A stretch of DNA of 63,323 nucleotides, the filler included, from an uncultured Acidimicrobiia bacterium (GTDB lineage: Bacteria; Actinomycetota; Acidimicrobiia; Spongiisociales; JAOTWH01): NCBI GenBank assembly GCA_964347285.1. It is 3 parts of 3 records of this genome, joined end to end, with 100 filler letters (N's around TTAATTAATTAA, not from the genome) between each part and the next. Parts side by side here need not be neighbours in the genome. Positions count along the whole stretch, not along the records: positions 1 to 22,712 come from CAYFYE010000036.1; positions 22,813 to 45,510 come from CAYFYE010000037.1; 1 more part is not named here. The stretch is one strand, 5' to 3'. Positions 18,736 to 26,978 of this stretch are shown here, one piece after another. The position numbers and the translations under genes are program-made. The notes beneath the pieces were generated by a model, which was given only the letters and a program-made list of their open reading frames with translations, did not search any database and had not been told where the DNA came from. Position 1 is the stretch's first letter. Every line of letters begins with the position of its first letter.

Positions 18736-19653
18736 GTGACCTTCGAGACCCGACTCCTCGGCGACGATCTGTATCTCATCGACGGGGGTATGCACGGTGA
18801 GCCGGAGCGTCTTGCCTGCTACCTGTTCGACACCCCGAATCCCACCCTCATCGAGTGTGGTCCATCGGCCTCTCTCGAGCACCTTCTCGACGGGCTCGAC
18901 ACGCTCGGCATCGACGACCTGGCCGCCATCATCGTGACCCACATCCACCTCGATCACGCCGGGGGTGCCGGTCACCTGGCCCGTCGGTTTCCCGGTGCCA
19001 GAATCGGCGTGCATCGCCTCGGGGCCCCCCACCTGGTCGATCCCTCGCGGCTTTTGGCATCGGCCACTCGGGTCTACGGCGAGGAGGGCATGCAGCGCCT
19101 GTGGGGGCCAGTGGAGCCGATCGCCGAAGATCGTCTGCTCGTCGTGGACGATGATGACATGATCGATCTGGGAGGTGGCCGTCGCCTCGATGTGCTTTAC
19201 ACCCCCGGGCATGCCAAGCACCACGTCGTCTACTACGACCCGGAAACGGGCGGCTGCTTTGTCGGAGATTCGGTGGGAATAGCGTTTCCCCACGCCCACT
19301 TCGTCCAGCCGGTCACACCCCCGCCCGACTTCGATCCGAAGCTGGTGGTCCACCAGCTTCATCGAATCGGGCAGTTGCATCCTGCCTTCTTGGGTTTTGC
19401 CCACTACGGGCCGGACATCGATCCGGAGGCTTCGCTGGCCCAGGCAGAAGAGCGACTCGGAGAGTGGGTCGGTGTGGTCGAGCACCTTCCCGAGGACGAT
19501 GAGACGGCCGCCGCCGCCTTGCGCTCGTGGGTATTGGAGGGGTACCGGGACCGAGGGGTGTCCGACGAGATCATCGCCACCTACGACGTCAATACGTTCT
19601 GGCCCATGCAGGTCGCCGGGATCCGGCGCTGGCTGGCCGCCGGCCGGGGTTGA
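18736..19653 (+). CDS. MBL-fold metallo-hydrolase
   Basis: THIHLDHAGG, TPGHAKHH, GD and AHYG motifs. Confidence 0.9.
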   Translation: MTFETRLLGDDLYLIDGGMHGEPERLACYLFDTPNPTLIECGPSASLEHLLDGLDTLGIDDLAAIIVTHIHLDHAGGAGHLARRFPGARIGVHRLGAPHLVDPSRLLASATRVYGEEGMQRLWGPVEPIAEDRLLVVDDDDMIDLGGGRRLDVLYTPGHAKHHVVYYDPETGGCFVGDSVGIAFPHAHFVQPVTPPPDFDPKLVVHQLHRIGQLHPAFLGFAHYGPDIDPEASLAQAEERLGEWVGVVEHLPEDDETAAAALRSWVLEGYRDRGVSDEIIATYDVNTFWPMQVAGIRRWLAAGRG

Positions 19654-19654
19654 G

Positions 19655-20434
19655 TCACCCGCCCTGTTTACGGGCTTTCCAGACCTCCTCGGAGGGCCAG
19701 CGCCGCGCCCACGAGATGTCGACGAAGTCGTAGCGAGTCGTGGCGTCGGCCCCGGGCCGGATCTCGATGAGATCCTCGATTACGAAGTCGTTCTGGCGAA
19801 GGAGCCGAATCCAGTCGCCGTGACCGAGGTGGAACTCGATGCCCTCGCCGTCCGGCCACTCCATTCGGTGCATTCCGAAGTAGGCGCGGCGCAGCTGAGC
19901 TCGGGCGGGGGCGCCTTGATGATCGGGCACGCACAACATCAGCAGTGAGCTGTTGCGCAGAAAGATGAGCAAGCCTCCGGGGCGGAGAACCCGGGAGGCC
20001 TGGGGAATCCACAGGTAGGGATCCGACCAGATGCTCGCCCCATACTCCGAGATCACCAGGTCGAAAGAGCCGTCGCAGAACGGGAGGTTTTCGGCAACAC
20101 CGTGCACGAGGGGAAAGGAGACGGAGAACTCCCGTTGGAGCCGCCTCGCGTTCGCGAGTTGTCGGGCCGAATTGTCGATGCCCACCGGCCTGGCCCCGCC
20201 ACGAGCCAGCCACGCCGAGACGTAACCGGTACCGCACCCGGCCTCGAGCGCCTCGACTCCCTCCAGGTCCTCGGGCAGCACGCCCAGGGAATCCTCGGGA
20301 ACTCCGAAGATTCCCCACCGAGGCTCGCCTGTCCACAGCTCCCGCCCCGGCTTCTCGTACTCGTCGGCCAGGCGATCCCACATCTGCCGGTTGGAGGTGA
20401 GATAGTCGGCCGCGGGAAGGCGGTCCGCGGCCAC
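19655..20434 (-). CDS. Class I SAM-dependent methyltransferase
   Basis: LEAGCGTG, FDLVISEYGA and RVLRPGG motifs; GTG overlaps the upstream stop. Confidence 0.9.
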   Translation of the reverse strand: MAADRLPAADYLTSNRQMWDRLADEYEKPGRELWTGEPRWGIFGVPEDSLGVLPEDLEGVEALEAGCGTGYVSAWLARGGARPVGIDNSARQLANARRLQREFSVSFPLVHGVAENLPFCDGSFDLVISEYGASIWSDPYLWIPQASRVLRPGGLLIFLRNSSLLMLCVPDHQGAPARAQLRRAYFGMHRMEWPDGEGIEFHLGHGDWIRLLRQNDFVIEDLIEIRPGADATTRYDFVDISWARRWPSEEVWKARKQGG

Positions 20435-21324
20435 TAGAACCTCTCGATGTGCCGCAGCGCCACTCGAGGACCGAAGCGGGGCGGCGTGCGGCCGCCGACC
20501 TCGAGCAGGCGTACCACCCGGGCCCGATGGCCCCGATACGGCTCCAGCAGCTCCAGCATCCGGGCGTCGTCGGCCCGGGGCTCCCCGGCCAGGTTCCAGG
20601 CCACGAGCGAGGGCTTGTGGTAATCGCCGACCGCAACGGCGTCGGCATCGCCTGCCGCCACCTGGGCGACCTTGGCGGCCGTCCATGGGCCCACCCCGGG
20701 GATGGCGACCAGGGTGCGGGTCAGGAGGTCCGAAGAATCGGCCTCCCGCTCCAGGCGCCCGGCACCGGCAGCACTCCGCCGGATCGTATCGGCTCTCCTT
20801 TTCTCGATCCCCAGCGGGTGGTAGTCCTCGTAGCGGAGCTCGGCCAGGGTCTGGGCTTCGGGCTGCAGTAGGAGCCCGCCCGGCCCCGGGGCTGGCTCGC
20901 CGTGGGTCTGGAGCAGTCGGTGGTAGGAGCGGCGGGCCTCCTTCCCTGTGACCTTCTGGGCGATGACGGTGGGCAGCATCGCTTCGAAGACCGAGCGGGT
21001 CTTGGTGAAGCGGAGGCCTCGGTAGCGACGATGCAGTCGCCGCACCAGGCGGTCGTCGGGTTCGAATCGGGTCGGATCATCGCCTGCTCCCACGAGGTCG
21101 CCGAGCATCTCGAGCGCCCATTCGGCACCCGGCCCCCAGGCTTCGGCCGCCACCTCGTCTGCTCGGCGTTCGATCCGCAGGCTGGCGGCACCGAGGGGAG
21201 TCCGCGTCGCCCGCCACACTTCCTGGGGCGAGAGGCGGATGGAGGGATCGCCGCGCCCGTGTCGAAGCCACGACATGGTAAGACCGAGGTCAAAAGGGCC
21301 CGTGAACCGAAGCCGCCTGCGCAT
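20434..21324 (-). CDS. AlkA-like DNA-3-methyladenine glycosylase family (HhH-GPD)
   Basis: IAQKVTG, IPGVGPWTA and VGDYH motifs. Confidence 0.85.
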   Translation of the reverse strand: MRRRLRFTGPFDLGLTMSWLRHGRGDPSIRLSPQEVWRATRTPLGAASLRIERRADEVAAEAWGPGAEWALEMLGDLVGAGDDPTRFEPDDRLVRRLHRRYRGLRFTKTRSVFEAMLPTVIAQKVTGKEARRSYHRLLQTHGEPAPGPGGLLLQPEAQTLAELRYEDYHPLGIEKRRADTIRRSAAGAGRLEREADSSDLLTRTLVAIPGVGPWTAAKVAQVAAGDADAVAVGDYHKPSLVAWNLAGEPRADDARMLELLEPYRGHRARVVRLLEVGGRTPPRFGPRVALRHIERF

Positions 21325-21363
21325 CGGGGAAGCAGGATATCGGCGCCGTTTGGGACGGGCAGC

Positions 21364-22173
21364 TCAGATCATCACAGGCTGGCCGGAACGGGGAACATCG
21401 GCGGGGGGCGGATCGGTGCGCTTGCCGTAGACCAGCACCGGCATGTCTAGATCGAACTCCCCCCAGAGGTAGTCCATGTCGGAATTGGGGACGCGAATGC
21501 ACCCGTGAGAGGCCGGATAGGCAGGCACGCTCGGAGAACCGTGGATGGCGTAGCCGCCTCGGAAGTAGAAGGGCCGATACAGCACTCCGAGATACGACCG
21601 CCGCAGACCGTTGATGCGGCTGTGGAAGGAGAACCGGCCCTCCGGCGTCGTGGCCCGCACGGTCCGTCCGGTCTTGTTGATGTAGGTGGCACCGTTGCCC
21701 GAGGACACCGGCACGATGCTCTTGATCGTGTTGTCATCGACCAAGAACAGCACTTGCCGGCCAAGGTCGACCTCCACTCTGGTGGCCTGTTCCCTCCATG
21801 GAAGGGCGATCTCCGTGACGAGGAGATTCCAGTCTTCGATGCGAAAAACCGCGTCCCGCTCCAGATCGTGCACTTTTTGAAACGCAATCACCGCGTGACG
21901 GGTGGCCGAGTCGAACCCGTCCGCCTCCCCGGGTCGAAAGCCCTTCTCTGCGAGGGCCTGGTTGAGAGCGGCTACCAAGGGACCGGTATCACCCGGAATG
22001 AGGTCGCGAAGAACTCGGGCGAGCTCCGGCGACTCCACCGTGGGAGCGGTGGGCGCCGCAGGCAGGTCGGCCCACGGCAAAGGCGGGTTGCCCGTGATCG
22101 TCAAGAGCACCAATGCACTGAGAGTCAGCATCAGCACGGAGACTATCGGAAGAATCCAGATGGGCCTTGACAC
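21364..22173 (-). CDS. L,D-transpeptidase with peptidoglycan-binding domain
   Basis: N-terminal TM; PG-binding motif AVIAFQKVHDL; YkuD motif AIHG...SHGCIR. Confidence 0.9.
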   Translation of the reverse strand: MSRPIWILPIVSVLMLTLSALVLLTITGNPPLPWADLPAAPTAPTVESPELARVLRDLIPGDTGPLVAALNQALAEKGFRPGEADGFDSATRHAVIAFQKVHDLERDAVFRIEDWNLLVTEIALPWREQATRVEVDLGRQVLFLVDDNTIKSIVPVSSGNGATYINKTGRTVRATTPEGRFSFHSRINGLRRSYLGVLYRPFYFRGGYAIHGSPSVPAYPASHGCIRVPNSDMDYLWGEFDLDMPVLVYGKRTDPPPADVPRSGQPVMI

Positions 22174-22195
22174 TCGGGGGCATTCTCGAACGCGC

Positions 22196-22222
22196 ACAGG
22201 GGCCGCCTGTGGCGACCCCTGT
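22196..22222 (-). terminator. Hairpin downstream of 5S rRNA
   Basis: ACAGGGGCCGCC-TGT-GGCGACCCCTGT. Confidence 0.55.
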
Positions 22223-22229
22223 CGCAAGA

Positions 22230-22344
<115 letters not shown>

Positions 22345-22398
22345 GACCCGACTCGAGCTTCCTCGAGCACTCCATAGCGAGCACGAACGCCCGGATTC

Positions 22399-22712
<314 letters not shown>

Positions 22713-22812
22713 NNNNNNNNNNNNNNNNNNNNNNNNNNNNNNNNNNNNNNNNNNNNTTAATTAATTAANNNNNNNNNNNNNNNNNNNNNNNNNNNNNNNN
22801 NNNNNNNNNNNN
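22713..22812. other. Artificial contig linker
   Basis: 44 N + TTAATTAATTAA + 44 N. Confidence 0.98.
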
Positions 22813-23180
22813 TCCGAGGTCGAGTGGGCCGGCGCCTACGAAGGCCGTTGGGGGGTCCGCATGGCTCAGCAGGTGCGCGACTACACGACTGTCTGGTTCG
22901 ACGTTGGAGACCGAACGCTGGGATACGAGGCGCACGTAATACCATCGCCGCTGCGGGGTTGTCAGGAGGTGTATCGCCGGTGCCTCTTCCGCAATGCCTC
23001 GGGCTGGCGGGCACACTTTGCCCTCGACGCAGCAGGCGGCTGCTCCTGCGGGGCAGGATCCCGCTCGAATGCCTGTCGCTCTTCGAGCTCGACGCCATCC
23101 TCGACGCTCTGTACGACATGGTGGAGGTGGCCTTGCGCAGCCTCGTTCGGGCCGGTTTCGGGCGCGAAAAAAACGGCTGA
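22813..23180 (+). pseudogene. YbjN-domain protein, 5'-truncated by contig start, with an apparent 1-nt deletion near 23040
   Basis: One frame reads TTVWFDVGDRTLGYEAHVIPSP...HFALDAAGG; the homologous tail LLRGRIPLECLSLFELDAILDALYDMVE is in another frame ending at TGA 23178-23180. Confidence 0.65.
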
Positions 23181-23243
23181 AATTCCACATGTCGACAAGC
23201 GTTGTGCACAACCTCTTGTGGATTTGTGTGGACATGTGGACAG
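23181..23243. promoter_or_regulatory. Cluster of DnaA-box-like 9-mers
   Basis: TGTCGACAA 23190, TTGTGCACA 23202, TGTGGATTT 23217, TGTGGACAT 23227, TGTGGACAG 23235 (1-2 mismatches to TT[A/G]TCCACA or its complement), plus weak AATTCCACA 23181. Confidence 0.65.
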
Positions 23244-23334
23244 GCTGCCGATTTGGAGGTCAAGAGGCCCCAGCAAACAGCAAATAACGAGGCAGATCCC
23301 CGCCAGAACGCGAAAGCGCGTCGTATCGAGATCC

Positions 23335-23362
23335 TTGACGTACGGGGGCGGGTCTCAATACT
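23335..23362 (+). promoter_or_regulatory. Sigma-A-like promoter
   Basis: TTGACG-N16-AATACT with no plus-strand gene downstream. Confidence 0.55.
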
Positions 23363-23369
23363 GTCGGCC

Positions 23370-23478
23370 GCACCAGGCCCAAGGTGCCGCACGCGCCGCA
23401 GCCTCGTTCGGGGAAGTGCGGGGAACGGCGTAGAGGTTCCTTGGGCCTGGGCACGCTAGCGGGCCCACCGCCGCTTTC
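23370..23478 (+). ncRNA. Candidate structured small RNA, family not recognised
   Basis: Perfect 12-bp closing stem CCAGGCCCAAGG (23373-84) / CCTTGGGCCTGG (23439-50) starting at the predicted TSS; inner stems; downstream AGCGG/CCGCT-TTC hairpin. Confidence 0.5.
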
Positions 23479-23489
23479 GCAAGTGGTCT

Positions 23490-24383
23490 TCAGTCTCCCA
23501 GCCCGAACATCACCTCGCGCAGCCGCACCCCCTCGGTACCGAAACCATCGAGATCGATGCGCAGCGAGCCGAGGCGCAGACCCCGCATCTCCTCTCCTCG
23601 GTTGGTAGTGACCAACAGCCCCCCGCCCTCGAAGACCAAGGCTCCCAGGCCTTGGCAACGGCCGCTCCCGTCGTGGAGCCCGACGAGCATCCGGTCCAGC
23701 CGACCGAGGTCGAGACCCGCCGGTAAGGTCGGCGCAAACACGGTGGGGCGAACGCGCCACCGTTGGAGAGGAGGGGCGAACGCCTCGGCAAATCGTTCGG
23801 CCCGAAGAGCCCGGCGCTCTTCGACCGACACGGGGACGACGGCCGGATCGACGCCTGCGATCTCGACCCGAACCGTGAAGAATCGACGCAGCATCCCGAC
23901 CACCGGCTCCATCTCACCGCCCCGCTGCAACGCGACGATCGCCTCGGGTCGGCACAGCTCGGTCTTGTAGTACTTCAACGTCTGGCCGATGACTCCCGAA
24001 ACAGCCCCGGTGGTATCGACGACGACCAGATCGGCTCTCGATCGGGCCATATCGACGAGGGAAGCGGTGGCCACGACCTGAGGCAGCACGAGGCCCTCCG
24101 GAGAGACAGAGCCGACGAAGCGGAGCTGGTCCGCCTGCCCCACCCGGTCGAGATCGTCTTCCGACTCCACCCACTTCAACCCCACGCAGGCGGGGGGGCC
24201 CACCGTGGTCTGTCCGACGTCGGCGTCCACGTAAGCGGCCCGGCGGCCCGACCGGGCCGCTTGGCGTAACAGGCGGAGGGCCAGGGAAGTCTTCCCGGTG
24301 TCGGGGGCGCCGAGCAACATCACGACGCCGCGAACACCCACCAGATCTTCGACGACGGCGTCGGAAACGGCTTCGAGGCTCAT
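23490..24383 (-). CDS. Clp1/Grc3-like polynucleotide 5'-kinase
   Basis: Walker A GAPDTGKT, DADVGQTTVGPP, FVGSVSP and VVDTTG motifs. Confidence 0.85.
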   Translation of the reverse strand: MSLEAVSDAVVEDLVGVRGVVMLLGAPDTGKTSLALRLLRQAARSGRRAAYVDADVGQTTVGPPACVGLKWVESEDDLDRVGQADQLRFVGSVSPEGLVLPQVVATASLVDMARSRADLVVVDTTGAVSGVIGQTLKYYKTELCRPEAIVALQRGGEMEPVVGMLRRFFTVRVEIAGVDPAVVPVSVEERRALRAERFAEAFAPPLQRWRVRPTVFAPTLPAGLDLGRLDRMLVGLHDGSGRCQGLGALVFEGGGLLVTTNRGEEMRGLRLGSLRIDLDGFGTEGVRLREVMFGLGD

Positions 24384-24440
24384 GCGCGCATCTTAGGAAG
24401 GGCGAGACGGCTCCCTCACCGGCCCCGGTAAGCTCGACCG

Positions 24441-25250
24441 ATGCCTCACCCCATCGCTTTCTTGTCGGACTTCGGGCTCACCGACGAGTTCGTCGGCGTG
24501 GTGCACGCCGTGCTCGCCCGCATCTCTCCGGAGTCGCGGGTCCTGGACATCACCCACCAGGTGCCCCGGGGGGACGTGCGGGCCGGGGCCCTGACTCTGG
24601 TGCGGGCCATCCAGTACCTCCCCGGAGGGGTGGTCCTGGCCGTGGTCGATCCCGGTGTAGGCACCGGGCGGCGGGCCATCGCCGCCTCCACCGAGTGGGG
24701 CTACCTGGTGGGCCCCGACAACGGCCTTCTCGCTCCGGCCACCCAGATGGTCGGCGGAGCCGATCGCATCGTTTCCATCGAGAACACCGAGTACCGACTG
24801 CCGGGTGCCGCCGCCACTTTCGACGGTCGCGACGTGTTCGCCCCGGCGGCTGCCTTGCTAGCCGCCGGCGAGATCGAGTTGGGCGACCTCGGGCCCACCA
24901 TTTCCACTGAGAGTGCCATGCCGCTGATACTGCCGCTGGTCGACCACACCGATGAAGGTCTGCGCGGAGAGGTACTGTGGGTGGATACCTACGGTAACTG
25001 TCAGACGAACATCACCCCCGAAGACATGGCAACCGCCGGCCTCTCCCCCGGGAACCCGGTCGAGCTGTCGATCGGGGCGACCACCTACTCCTTGGAGTGG
25101 GTGACTGCCTACGGAGACGTCGAGCCCGGCGAAGGGCTCGTCCACGTCGACTCGTACGGCCAGGTGGCAGTGGCGGTACGGGAAGGGCGGGCCGACGAGG
25201 ATTTCAACCTGACCGAAGGACGGGCGGTCGTGCTCAAGTCCCCACAGTGA
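24441..25250 (+). CDS. DUF62 SAM hydroxide adenosyltransferase / chlorinase-fluorinase superfamily
   Basis: LSDFGL, VVDPGVGTGRR, GPDNGLL, TFDGRDVFAP and VDTYGN motifs. Confidence 0.92.
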   Translation: MPHPIAFLSDFGLTDEFVGVVHAVLARISPESRVLDITHQVPRGDVRAGALTLVRAIQYLPGGVVLAVVDPGVGTGRRAIAASTEWGYLVGPDNGLLAPATQMVGGADRIVSIENTEYRLPGAAATFDGRDVFAPAAALLAAGEIELGDLGPTISTESAMPLILPLVDHTDEGLRGEVLWVDTYGNCQTNITPEDMATAGLSPGNPVELSIGATTYSLEWVTAYGDVEPGEGLVHVDSYGQVAVAVREGRADEDFNLTEGRAVVLKSPQ

Positions 25251-25323
25251 AGACCCATATGGCAAAAGCGCCGAAGATGACCACCAACAGGACCACGACG
25301 ACTATGGCGGTGACGGGGCGCAC
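25234..25323 (-). CDS. 29-aa single-pass membrane micro-protein MRPVTAIVVVVLLVVIFGAFAIWVFTVGT
   Basis: GTG start 6 nt after a TACCCT -10 (leaderless); one hydrophobic helix; fills the gap between DUF62 and glutaredoxin. Confidence 0.6.
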   Translation of the reverse strand: MRPVTAIVVVVLLVVIFGAFAIWVFTVGT

Positions 25324-25343
25324 GGGGCGAGGGTAGCCAGCGC

Positions 25344-25607
25344 GTGAACAGGCCCACTGTCGAGTTCGTCACCCGCGACGACTGCCCACTGTGCGATGAG
25401 GCTCGGTCGGTACTGGGCCGATGGGCTCGCCGCCTCGGCATCGAGGTGGTCGAGCGCAACATCGACCGAGATGCGGAATTGGCCGAGGCCCTCGGCGATT
25501 CCGTGCCGGTGGTCCGAACCCCGGTCGGCTCAGTGATTGCCGCAGGCCGCTGGTCGCAGCCCAAGCTGGCGGCCGCGCTGTTCCTTGTGCGGATAAGAGG
25601 GCACTAG
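25344..25607 (+). CDS. Glutaredoxin-like protein (DUF836 type)
   Basis: CPLC motif and cis-Pro VPVV. Confidence 0.8.
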   Translation: MNRPTVEFVTRDDCPLCDEARSVLGRWARRLGIEVVERNIDRDAELAEALGDSVPVVRTPVGSVIAAGRWSQPKLAAALFLVRIRGH

Positions 25608-25660
25608 GCGTCGACCGTTCTCGGCGGGCGATCACAGTCACCCGGTAGAATCCGCCTCCC

Positions 25661-25731
25661 GCGGATGTAGTTCAGTGGTAGAACACAAGCTTCCCAAGCT
25701 TGGAACGGGGGTTCGATTCCCCTCATCCGCT
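25661..25731 (+). tRNA. tRNA-Gly(CCC), CCA not encoded
   Basis: Acceptor GCGGATG/CATCCGC; anticodon arm CAAGC-TTCCCAA-GCTTG; T-loop GTTCGATT; -10 TAGAAT at 25646. Confidence 0.97.
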
Positions 25732-25767
25732 CCGAGAGGCGCCCAAACGGGGAGCCGACGCCGTACC

Positions 25768-25983
25768 TCACCCGGATAGCAGGCTGGCAAGGCCCCACAC
25801 CCCTATCACCGACCCCACCGCCAGCAGAAACCAGGCCCGACCCGGCCGGAACTCGCCCGCGGCTCCCTTGGGTTTGCGGCCCCGCCGGTTCTGATAGATG
25901 GCCCAACCGTTGCCGGCCACCAGCGCCCCTCCCAGCGCAGTGGTGAGCTGCATGAACAACGTGTCGAAGTCGAAGATATCCAC
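25768..25983 (-). CDS. Small two-TM hypothetical protein
   Basis: Two hydrophobic helices with a basic loop; leaderless -10 TACCGT. Confidence 0.7.
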   Translation of the reverse strand: MDIFDFDTLFMQLTTALGGALVAGNGWAIYQNRRGRKPKGAAGEFRPGRAWFLLAVGSVIGVWGLASLLSG

Positions 25984-26009
25984 CGAGGCTCACGGTAGCG
26001 TCGCCCCCA

Positions 26010-26792
26010 ATGGTCGACGTCCAGGTGCTGCGCGTGTTCACCAGAGCCGGCGAAGGCGGCAACCGGCTCGGGGTGGTCGCCGAAGCGGCCGGCCTGGGTA
26101 CCGCTCGCATGCAGGAAATCGCCGCCGAGCTGGGCTTCTCGGAGACCATCTTCCTTTATCGGGGCGCCGAGGACGACCGAGTGCGCATCTTCACCCCGGC
26201 CACCGAGTTGCCCTTCGCCGGCCATCCGCTGGTGGGAGCGGCCTGGATCCTGGGCGCAGCAACCGACGGCGCCGGCGGCGTCCTGACCTGTGGTATTGGT
26301 CGGCTGCGGTACGGGATCGATGGAGGCATTCCCTGGCTCGAGGTTCCTCATCCGCCTACTGCTCGGCCCTTGGCCCTGGGTGCCGAGGTAGCCCGGACCG
26401 CCCGCCTCCCCTTTCCGCATCGCTCGTGGATGGTCTCACTCCCGCTTCGATATCTCGTACTCGAAGTGAGCGACGTAGCGGCCACACCCGATTTCCAGGC
26501 CCTGGCTCGTGACGATCTGGACGCGGTGTACGTGGTGGCCCAGGTGGGTGACCGGGTACGGGCCCGCTTCTTTGCGCCCTCCCTCGGTGTAGACGAGGAC
26601 CCGGCGACCGGCAGCGCGGCAGTAGCCCTTGCGGCGGTCCGCACCGCGCAGGGCACCCATACCGGAGAGCTGATCATCCACCAGGGGGAAGAGGTGGGGA
26701 GCCCCTCCCAGATCTTCCTGCGATGGAGCCCTCGGGTGGTCGCCATCGGCGGAGCCGTAGACGTGGATGCCCGGCGTCGCCTGCCCGACTGA
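26010..26792 (+). CDS. PhzF family protein
   Basis: GNRLGVV, SET, RIFTPATELPFAGHP and EDPATGSA motifs. Confidence 0.92.
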   Translation: MVDVQVLRVFTRAGEGGNRLGVVAEAAGLGTARMQEIAAELGFSETIFLYRGAEDDRVRIFTPATELPFAGHPLVGAAWILGAATDGAGGVLTCGIGRLRYGIDGGIPWLEVPHPPTARPLALGAEVARTARLPFPHRSWMVSLPLRYLVLEVSDVAATPDFQALARDDLDAVYVVAQVGDRVRARFFAPSLGVDEDPATGSAAVALAAVRTAQGTHTGELIIHQGEEVGSPSQIFLRWSPRVVAIGGAVDVDARRRLPD

Positions 26793-26900
26793 CCGGCGCC
26801 AAACGCGGCCGGTCATGATCCCTGGGTTCCCGTTGGGCCCATCCGGTGAGTCGGCGGACGCCGACCGGTCCGGCCATCCAAGCTGCTGGGGCTGACGTCC

Positions 26901-26928
26901 GGAACTTTTCGCGTCCTTCTGTGTCAAA
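26901..26928 (+). promoter_or_regulatory. ECF (sigma-E-like) promoter
   Basis: GGAACTT-N16-TCAAA about 50 nt upstream of ATG 26979. Confidence 0.6.
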
Positions 26929-26978
26929 GCCCGAGAAACGCCGCACTCTGTGGCTCAGGGAGAGGAGGACGGGTAGCC

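Noticed and set aside
22713..22812. TTAATTAATTAA palindrome inside N runs (also 45511-45610) and ORFs ending in ...LIN
   Set aside because: Artificial six-frame-stop linker. Adjacency across it, such as rRNA next to the DnaA boxes, has no biological meaning.
25661..25770. tRNA-Gly as an integration site
   Set aside because: No integrase and no duplicated tRNA 3' end seen in this contig.
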